A DNA stretch of 32,000 nucleotides, taken from the NCBI RefSeq assembly GCF_009734345.1, contig NZ_CP032551.1:30001-62000 (forward strand), read 5' to 3'. Each line of letters begins with the position of its first letter. The stretch's first letter is position 1. The position numbers and the translations under genes were made by a program. Shown piece by piece: positions 22,694 through 29,463 of this stretch. Under the pieces are notes generated by a model. That model was not told where the DNA came from and made no database searches. It worked only from the letters and a program-made list of their open reading frames with translations. The DNA is from Pseudidiomarina andamanensis (lineage in GTDB: Bacteria > Pseudomonadota > Gammaproteobacteria > Enterobacterales > Alteromonadaceae).

Positions 22694-25666
22694 ATGAAGA
22701 GTACTTTCTTTAGAAGTACGTTAGCTGCTGCAGCAGTTGCTTCTGCGCTTGGTGTTGCCGCTCCTGCGATGGCGCAGGATAGCTCAAAAGGCTTTTTACA
22801 AGGTCAATCAACTGACCAGTCTGGTCAAGTGATCAGCGAAGTAACGGTAACTATTACTAACCTTGAAACCGGTTTGACGCGTAGCGTATCAACAAACGAA
22901 GATGGTAATTTCCGTTTTCCATTGTTGCCGCCAGGCGCGTATTCATTAAAAGCTGAGAAATCAGGTTATGGCACTGTGGCTGAAGAGCGTATTGATGTTA
23001 GCGTTTCTGGCGCAACGAATATCACCCTGACTCTACCTACTGCAGATGCAATGGAAACGTTGACGGTTCGTGGTTCAAGCATTTCGATGATTGATACCTC
23101 GTCTTCTGAGTCTCAACTTGTTGTAACTCAAGATTTCCTTGAGAAGGTTCCAGTTCCGCGTGATATCGCATCTGTAGCGCTATTGGCACCAGGTACAACC
23201 AAAGGTGATTCATCATTTGGTAATTTGACCTCTTTTGGTGGTGCTTCGGTTGGTGAAAACGTTTACTACGTGAACGGTTTGAACGTAACTAACTTCCGTA
23301 ACGGTTTGGGTGGTTCTGAATTACCATTCGAAATGTACGAAACGTTTGAAGTTAAAACGGGTGGTTACTCAGCTGAGTACGGTCGTTCAACTGGTGGTGT
23401 TGTTAACGCAACAACTAAATCTGGTTCAAACGAATTTGAAGCTGGCGCTAGTGTTTACTGGGAACCTGATGCACTTGCATCACAAGCTCCTGACGTGATT
23501 CTGACTGATCCTGCTCAAATTGCGCGTAACGGTAGCCCGTATTACATCATCAACAACAAGAATAACTCGGAAGAAGCGAACGTTAACGTTTGGGCAAGTG
23601 GCGCTCTTATCGAAGACAAATTGTTCTTCTTCGGTTTGGTTAACCAGAAAAATCGTAACAGCGATTTTGTAACGGCGACGCAAGAGTATGATCGTGAATC
23701 AAGCGATTTACTCTATGCTGCGAAGTTAGACTGGTACATCACACCAGATCATATTCTTGAATTCACTGGTTGGAACAACTCAAGCGATTTAGATTCAAGC
23801 AAGTACATGTACAATGCTGAAACTGATACACGCGGCGATTTGTATGGTGACTACATTCTTGAGCGTGGTGGTAAGTCATACGCGTTACAATACACCGGTA
23901 TTTTGACCAGCGACTTAACTATGAGCGTGCTTTATGGTGTGAATAAAGCGAGCTACTCAAACGTTAACGCGTCAAGTGACACTGTTGCAATTTATGCATC
24001 TGGTTACTCTGGTCAGTTCACTAACTTTGGTTTAGCAACACCTTCAGAACAAAACGATAAACGTACTGCTTATCGTATCGACTTTGACTGGTACCTGTCG
24101 TTAGATCACACGTTACGTTTCGGTATCGACTATGAAGATATGGAAGCCGACGAAAATACAGCTCGTGCCGGTGGTGTAGCTTACACTTACTACGGTTGTG
24201 ACTCTGCAGCATTGCAAGAAGGTCGTTTAGAAGGCTGTAGCTTGGTTGACGAAAATATCTATCGCAACTCAGGTTCTTTCGAAACCAAATCAAACGCATT
24301 CTATGTTCAAGATACTTGGACTATTACGCCAGATATTACCGCGCGTATTGGTTTGCGTAACGAAACGTTCCAGAACTACAACAAAGCAGGCGAGAAGTTC
24401 GTTGACGTATCTGATCAGTGGGCACCACGTGTGGGTGTGAGCTGGGATGTATTCGGCGATGGCACCACGAAAGCATTTGCTAACTATGGTCGTTATTTCC
24501 TTCCTGTTGCAACGAACACCAACATTCGTTTGGCGGGTGATGAATACTACGTTGTCAGCACCTATGAAGTTGCTTCAATCAACCCAGATAACACGCCTGT
24601 TTATGGCGCGCTTGATGGTCGTTCTGTCTATGCAGACGGTACGTTGAAAGGCACTGCTGAAACCGTAAATGCTGACCTTGACCCAATGTATCAAGACGAG
24701 TTTATTCTCGGCTTCGAAACAATGGTCACTGACGAGTGGTCACTTGGCGTGAAAACCAGCTATCGTGAGCTAGGTAGCTCATTAGAAGACGTTGCAATTG
24801 ATGCGGGCTTCAATGAGTACTTGTTAGATGAGTTTGGTTCTGAATGTACAATGTGTGCGAGTGGTTTCCATTACTACGTACTAACCAACCCAGGTAACGA
24901 TGTAACTATTACAACTGATCCTGATGGTGATGCAGGCCCACTAGAGTACGCTCAGTATACAGTTCCTGGTTCTTACCTTGGTTACCCTGAAGCAGTGCGT
25001 AAGTACGCTTCTGTTGACTTCTCTGTGAAGCGCGCATTTGACGGTGTTTGGATGTTAGATGCAAACTATACGTGGTCACACAGCTGGGGTAACAACGAAG
25101 GTTTCGTTCGTTCAGACAATGGTCAGGATGATGCCGGCTTAACTACCAACTTTGACCAACCGGGATTAGTTGATGGCGCCTATGGTAACCTTCCGAACGA
25201 TCGTCGCCATATGGTTAAAATTCGCGGTGCTTATCAAGTTATCGAGAACTTAACCTTAGGTGCTAACTTCCGTTGGGAATCTGGTCGTCCGGTGAGCGCA
25301 TTTGGCTTCCACCCAACTGATACCTATGCGTCTCTGTATGGTGCTGAATCGTTTGTTTATAACAACGAAATCACGCCACGTGGCAGCTTTGGTCGTACTC
25401 CAAATAACTGGAGCTTCGATTTAACTGCTCGTTACGATATGCAGATTCAAGAGACTGACGTAACTTTCCGTTTAGACGTGTTCAACGTGTTTGATAATGA
25501 CACGCACACCGAAGTAAACGAAGTTGCAGAACGTTTTGCTGGATATGAAGCTGTTGATTATGGCTATGGCATAATCGCGCGTGGTCAACCGAATGAATTC
25601 TACGGTTTACCAACTTCATTCCAAGCGCCACGTTCAGTGCGCTTGAGTGCAGAAGTTAAGTTCTAA
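22694..25666 (+). CDS. TonB-dependent outer-membrane receptor, Oar-like (N-terminal carboxypeptidase-regulatory-like domain)
   Basis: The ORF track starts at TTG 22565. I prefer ATG 22694, which has a GGAGA RBS at 22681-22685 and gives the signal peptide MKSTFFRSTLAAAAVASALGVAAPAMA. CarboxypepD_reg-like segment (VTVTITNLETGLTRSVSTNEDGNFRFPLLPPGAYSLKAEKSGY); plug and barrel regions; C-terminal ...RLSAEVKF. Confidence 0.85.
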   Translation: MKSTFFRSTLAAAAVASALGVAAPAMAQDSSKGFLQGQSTDQSGQVISEVTVTITNLETGLTRSVSTNEDGNFRFPLLPPGAYSLKAEKSGYGTVAEERIDVSVSGATNITLTLPTADAMETLTVRGSSISMIDTSSSESQLVVTQDFLEKVPVPRDIASVALLAPGTTKGDSSFGNLTSFGGASVGENVYYVNGLNVTNFRNGLGGSELPFEMYETFEVKTGGYSAEYGRSTGGVVNATTKSGSNEFEAGASVYWEPDALASQAPDVILTDPAQIARNGSPYYIINNKNNSEEANVNVWASGALIEDKLFFFGLVNQKNRNSDFVTATQEYDRESSDLLYAAKLDWYITPDHILEFTGWNNSSDLDSSKYMYNAETDTRGDLYGDYILERGGKSYALQYTGILTSDLTMSVLYGVNKASYSNVNASSDTVAIYASGYSGQFTNFGLATPSEQNDKRTAYRIDFDWYLSLDHTLRFGIDYEDMEADENTARAGGVAYTYYGCDSAALQEGRLEGCSLVDENIYRNSGSFETKSNAFYVQDTWTITPDITARIGLRNETFQNYNKAGEKFVDVSDQWAPRVGVSWDVFGDGTTKAFANYGRYFLPVATNTNIRLAGDEYYVVSTYEVASINPDNTPVYGALDGRSVYADGTLKGTAETVNADLDPMYQDEFILGFETMVTDEWSLGVKTSYRELGSSLEDVAIDAGFNEYLLDEFGSECTMCASGFHYYVLTNPGNDVTITTDPDGDAGPLEYAQYTVPGSYLGYPEAVRKYASVDFSVKRAFDGVWMLDANYTWSHSWGNNEGFVRSDNGQDDAGLTTNFDQPGLVDGAYGNLPNDRRHMVKIRGAYQVIENLTLGANFRWESGRPVSAFGFHPTDTYASLYGAESFVYNNEITPRGSFGRTPNNWSFDLTARYDMQIQETDVTFRLDVFNVFDNDTHTEVNEVAERFAGYEAVDYGYGIIARGQPNEFYGLPTSFQAPRSVRLSAEVKF

Positions 25667-25678
25667 GTAGTACCTGTG

Positions 25679-25716
25679 AAGGTCGGAGACGTCATTGTCT
25701 CCGGCCTTTATTTTTG
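25679..25716 (+). terminator. Rho-independent terminator after the TonB-dependent receptor
   Basis: AAGGTCGGAGAC-GTCATT-GTCTCCGGCCTT forms a 12-bp stem with one G-U pair, followed by TTTATTTTT. Confidence 0.8.
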
Positions 25717-25739
25717 TGGATTAATGAAGGGAAATTTCG

Positions 25740-27185
25740 GTGGTTAAGACTTATTCACTTGACGATTTTTTGAAAGCTGTACGCCAAGGACATCGCGCCG
25801 AATCGCTTGCCATTCTCAATCATTTTATTGATAACAAAGAGCCATTAAAAAGTGATTGGATAAAATGTGCCGCACTTGCACTTAGAATTGGTGAGATTCA
25901 TAAAGCGAAACAAGCTGCTGATTTTTATCGTTCAGAAATGCCACAAACATTGCGCCATTTGATTAATTATTGTGGTGTTTATGCGGAAGCTGGTGACTTA
26001 ACTAAAGTACAAAAACTGGTAGAACCGCAAATAAAGAAAGATCTGAAAGATCCTAACCTATTCCATTTAGCTGGAACCGTTGCCGCGCAATTAGGGCAAT
26101 TAGATCGAGCTAGAAACTATTTAATAAACGCTTTAAAGCTAATGCCGCAATCCGGTATTACCTGGTTCACCTTAAGTAGTATTACTGATTATAAAAAGTA
26201 TCCTGAATTGCTCGATAAGCTTGAGCAATCATTTGCGATGGTGCCAGAAGCTGACGCGAAGAACCGGCAGCAATTTTTCTACAGCTTAGGTAAGGCCTAT
26301 GCTGATTTAGGGCGCTTCGATGACGCCTACAAAGCTTACGCGGCCGGCGCTGAAATTATGCAGCAGGCAAGTCGCTATTCGGTTAAAGCCGATGAACAGT
26401 TTGTGAATGACATTATTGCGAACCACAGCAGTGATGTCGTGGCGAATTTACCGCGTAGCCGATCGGGACATAACCGTGCCGTTGCGCTGCTCGGTTTGCC
26501 ACGTAGCGGCACCACGTTGCTTGGACAAATGTTAGCGGCGCACTCAAAGGTGAAAGGCGCTGCGGAAACTGGCGCCATTGGTTATGCCAGCATGCACCTG
26601 CGTAATGAAAACTTCGCTGATTTTCCGAGCTTCATAAAGCAACACGGTGATCCGCAAGGCGCGATTGATCATATTTCAGATGTGTATGCCCATGTGATTA
26701 ACCAGCAGTTTAGTGGGACGAATCTGGTGGTGGATAAAACCATTCAGTTGAGTCGCCACTTTGCGATTTGGGCGCAGGCGTTTCCGCAAGGCAAAGCGAT
26801 TTATATTCAACGTAACCCAGAAGACGTGGCATGGTCGTGCTTTAAGAGTAACTTCCGAGGTCGCGCTGACTGGAGTTGGAAAGCTGAAGATATTGCCAGC
26901 TACATGCGTCACGAAGAGCGTTTAATGCAACACTGGTTGGCGGTGTTTGGTGATCGCATTTTAAGTATTCGCTATGAAGACTTATGCCAAAACCCTGAAC
27001 AAACGTTGAAGCAAGTGTGTGCGCATTTGGGTTTGGCGTTTGAGCCGAGTATGCTGCACTTTTATAAAGATAATGGCCCAGTATTCACTTCGAGTGTGGG
27101 GCAGGTACATGAACCAATTCATCAAAAACGTATTGGTTTATCCGCTAATTTTAAAGACTTCCTGGATGCTTGGCGGCAGTCGTAG
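25740..27185 (+). CDS. TPR-repeat-containing sulfotransferase family protein
   Basis: 481 aa with a GTG start after AAGGGA. The N-terminal ~220 aa are helical and TPR-like. The C-terminal half carries the PAPS-binding 5'-PSB loop LLGLPRSGTTLLGQML and a 3'-PB-like segment YIQRNPEDVAWS. Confidence 0.75.
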   Translation: MVKTYSLDDFLKAVRQGHRAESLAILNHFIDNKEPLKSDWIKCAALALRIGEIHKAKQAADFYRSEMPQTLRHLINYCGVYAEAGDLTKVQKLVEPQIKKDLKDPNLFHLAGTVAAQLGQLDRARNYLINALKLMPQSGITWFTLSSITDYKKYPELLDKLEQSFAMVPEADAKNRQQFFYSLGKAYADLGRFDDAYKAYAAGAEIMQQASRYSVKADEQFVNDIIANHSSDVVANLPRSRSGHNRAVALLGLPRSGTTLLGQMLAAHSKVKGAAETGAIGYASMHLRNENFADFPSFIKQHGDPQGAIDHISDVYAHVINQQFSGTNLVVDKTIQLSRHFAIWAQAFPQGKAIYIQRNPEDVAWSCFKSNFRGRADWSWKAEDIASYMRHEERLMQHWLAVFGDRILSIRYEDLCQNPEQTLKQVCAHLGLAFEPSMLHFYKDNGPVFTSSVGQVHEPIHQKRIGLSANFKDFLDAWRQS

Positions 27186-27199
27186 CTCAGCGCTTTGCG

Positions 27200-27223
27200 T
27201 TGAGCTGCCGCTCAAGCTTTTTT
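27200..27223 (+). terminator. Small terminator hairpin TTGAGC-TGCC-GCTCAA plus GC-T6 after the sulfotransferase gene
   Basis: 6-bp stem and T-run 27218-27223 read directly. An overlapping alternative stem exists at 27185-27205. Confidence 0.5.
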
Positions 27224-27345
27224 CAACTTAGACCAATGTCTTATTTCCCCTATTGCCATATCCCATCTAGATTACATAAGTGATTCTATAAGTGAATAAA
27301 TCACTGATAACAACATAAACAATAACAGAACAATCTGGAGGGCGT

Positions 27346-27612
27346 ATGGCTTTCAAAAGCGAAGAACTCGCAAAAGCCTACTGGCGCGATAATATCAGCC
27401 TAGTACTGAAGTTGCTGGCTGTGTGGTTTATCGTTTCATACGGGTTTGGCATCATCTTAGTAGACTGGCTCAATCAGTTTACTTTCTTCGGCTTCAAGTT
27501 GGGCTTTTGGTTTGCTCAGCAAGGGTCAATTATCACCTTTGTTATTCTAATTTTCGTGTACGTGAAGCGTATGGCGGCGTTAGATAACAAATATGAAGTT
27601 CACGAAGAGTAA
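27346..27612 (+). CDS. DUF4212 small membrane protein (putative small subunit of the sodium:solute symporter)
   Basis: 88 aa with two TM helices. It lies immediately upstream of an SSS-family permease, the pairing known as the VC_2705-subfamily small/large subunits. GGAGG RBS. Confidence 0.8.
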   Translation: MAFKSEELAKAYWRDNISLVLKLLAVWFIVSYGFGIILVDWLNQFTFFGFKLGFWFAQQGSIITFVILIFVYVKRMAALDNKYEVHEE

Positions 27613-27623
27613 GGGGCCGAATC

Positions 27624-29336
27624 ATGGATATTCAAACTCTCACGTTTATTATCGTCGGCCTGACGTTCGCTCTCTATATTGCCATTGCAATTTGGTCACG
27701 CGCGGGCTCGACTTCTGACTTCTACGTTGCAAGTGGTGGTGTACACCCAGTCATGAATGGTATGGCAACAGCCGCCGACTGGATGTCTGCCGCATCGTTT
27801 ATTTCAATGGCCGGTATTATCGCTTTCGCAGGTTACGACGGTAGTGTGTACTTAATGGGGTGGACCGGTGGTTACGTCTTGTTGGCTCTATGTTTGGCGC
27901 CATACTTGCGTAAGTTCGGTAAGTTCACCGTGCCTGATTTCATCGGTGATCGTTACTACTCTCAAACCGCACGTACTATCGCAGTTATTTGCGCTATCTT
28001 GATCTCGTTTACTTATATTGCGGGTCAGATGCGTGGTGTGGGCGTGGTATTCTCGCGCTTCTTAGAAGTTGATATCGCAACAGGTGTATTCATCGGTGCG
28101 GTTATCGTGTTCTTCTACACCGTACTAGGCGGTATGAAAGGGATTACCTATACGCAGGTTGCACAGTACTGTGTACTCGCGTTTGCATACATTGTACCTG
28201 CGGTATTTATCTCAATTTATATGACTGGTCACGTACTGCCACAAACCGGCTTTGGTGCAACCATTGCTGAAGGCGTCGCGGGCGAGGGCACCTACTTGCT
28301 CGATCGGCTAGATGGATTGTCCGCTGAACTGGGCTTGGCTGCTTATACCTCCGGTATTAAATCGAAGATTGACGTATTCGCAATTACTTGTGCGTTGATG
28401 GTTGGTACCGCTGGTTTGCCACACGTGATTGTTCGCTTCTTCACCGTACCAAAAGTACGTGACGCGCGTCGTTCAGCTGGTTGGGCGTTGGTATTCATCT
28501 CAGTTGTTTACCTAACTGCGCCATCAATTGCTGGTTTCGCGAAAGTGAACTTGATTAACACAGTGAATGGTCCTGATCTGCAAGGCGTTGAGTATGACGC
28601 GGCACCAGACTGGGTGAAAAACTGGGAAAAAACCGGTTTGATCGCGTGGGAAGACAAGAACGAAGACGGCAAAATGTTCTATTCAGGTGATGCGCGCAAC
28701 GAAATGACCGTTGACCGCGACATCATGGTATTGGCAAACCCAGAGATTGCTAATTTACCAGCTTGGGTCGTGGCATTGGTTGCTGCTGGTGGTGTTGCTG
28801 CGGCACTATCTACCTCGGCAGGCTTACTGTTGGTTATTTCGACATCCATCTCGCATGACTTGTTGAAACGAACCTTAACTCCGAATATTACCGACAAACA
28901 AGAGTTGCTGTGGGCACGTGTTGCCGCTGCAGTGGCGATTGCGCTGTCGACTTGGTTTGGTATTAATCCGCCCGGCTTCGTGGCGCAGGTGGTCGCCTTC
29001 GCGTTCGGCTTAGCCGCAGCGAGCTTCTTCCCTGCCATTATTCTGGGTATCTTCTACAAGAAAATGAACAGCCAAGGCGCTATTGCCGGTATGTTGGTTG
29101 GTATTGTGTTCACCTTGGCGTACATTATTTACTTCAAGTTTGTGAACCCAGCCGCGAACAATGCTGATAACTGGTTGTTCGGTATCTCGCCAGAAGGTAT
29201 TGGTACCATTGGTATGTTGCTGAACTTCATCGTGTCTTATGTGGTACATAAGATCACAGGTGATGCGCCGCAAGATACGCAAGATTTGGTGGAGTCGATT
29301 CGTTACCCGCGCGGTGCGGGTGGTGCGACGCACTAA
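27624..29336 (+). CDS. Sodium:solute symporter (SSS family, VC_2705/ActP-related; probable acetate/monocarboxylate uptake)
   Basis: 570 aa, about 13 TM helices, ActP-like sequence (GGVHPVMNGMATAADWMSAASFISMAG). It follows DUF4212 with an 11-nt gap. The substrate is inferred from context only. Confidence 0.8.
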   Translation: MDIQTLTFIIVGLTFALYIAIAIWSRAGSTSDFYVASGGVHPVMNGMATAADWMSAASFISMAGIIAFAGYDGSVYLMGWTGGYVLLALCLAPYLRKFGKFTVPDFIGDRYYSQTARTIAVICAILISFTYIAGQMRGVGVVFSRFLEVDIATGVFIGAVIVFFYTVLGGMKGITYTQVAQYCVLAFAYIVPAVFISIYMTGHVLPQTGFGATIAEGVAGEGTYLLDRLDGLSAELGLAAYTSGIKSKIDVFAITCALMVGTAGLPHVIVRFFTVPKVRDARRSAGWALVFISVVYLTAPSIAGFAKVNLINTVNGPDLQGVEYDAAPDWVKNWEKTGLIAWEDKNEDGKMFYSGDARNEMTVDRDIMVLANPEIANLPAWVVALVAAGGVAAALSTSAGLLLVISTSISHDLLKRTLTPNITDKQELLWARVAAAVAIALSTWFGINPPGFVAQVVAFAFGLAAASFFPAIILGIFYKKMNSQGAIAGMLVGIVFTLAYIIYFKFVNPAANNADNWLFGISPEGIGTIGMLLNFIVSYVVHKITGDAPQDTQDLVESIRYPRGAGGATH

Positions 29337-29341
29337 TTAGC

Positions 29342-29368
29342 AAAGCCCGGCTTCACGCCGGGCTTTTT
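29342..29368 (+). terminator. Rho-independent terminator after the symporter (AAAGCCCGGC-TTCAC-GCCGGGCTTT, T5)
   Basis: 10-bp stem read directly. The T-run 29364-29368 runs straight into the heptamer array. Confidence 0.8.
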
Positions 29369-29448
29369 CGTTGTTCGTTATTCGTTAGTGGTTATTCGTT
29401 TTGATTTTTTGGCTTTTTCGAGTAACGATTAACGAATAACTAGTAACG
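29369..29448. repeat. Heptamer-armed inverted repeat D: left arm 29369-29398, 20-nt T-rich loop, right arm 29419-29448
   Basis: CGTTGTT CGTTATT CGTTAGT GGTTATT CG faces CGAGTAA CGATTAA CGAATAA CTAGTAA CG, complementary at 24/30. The element ends 15 nt before the ATG of the DUF294 gene. Confidence 0.8.
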
Positions 29449-29463
29449 CTTTTAAGGTGTTCA

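Noticed and set aside
27291-27305. I considered calling a CRP-binding site upstream of the symporter operon.
   Set aside because: The half-sites AGTGA/TCACT are separated by 5 nt rather than the canonical 6. I kept it only as a low-confidence repeat cluster.
4705-29448. I considered whether the heptamer arrays are a CRISPR array or a coding repeat.
   Set aside because: The units are 7 nt long with no unique spacers, far too short for CRISPR. All copies are intergenic, and no long ORF spans them.
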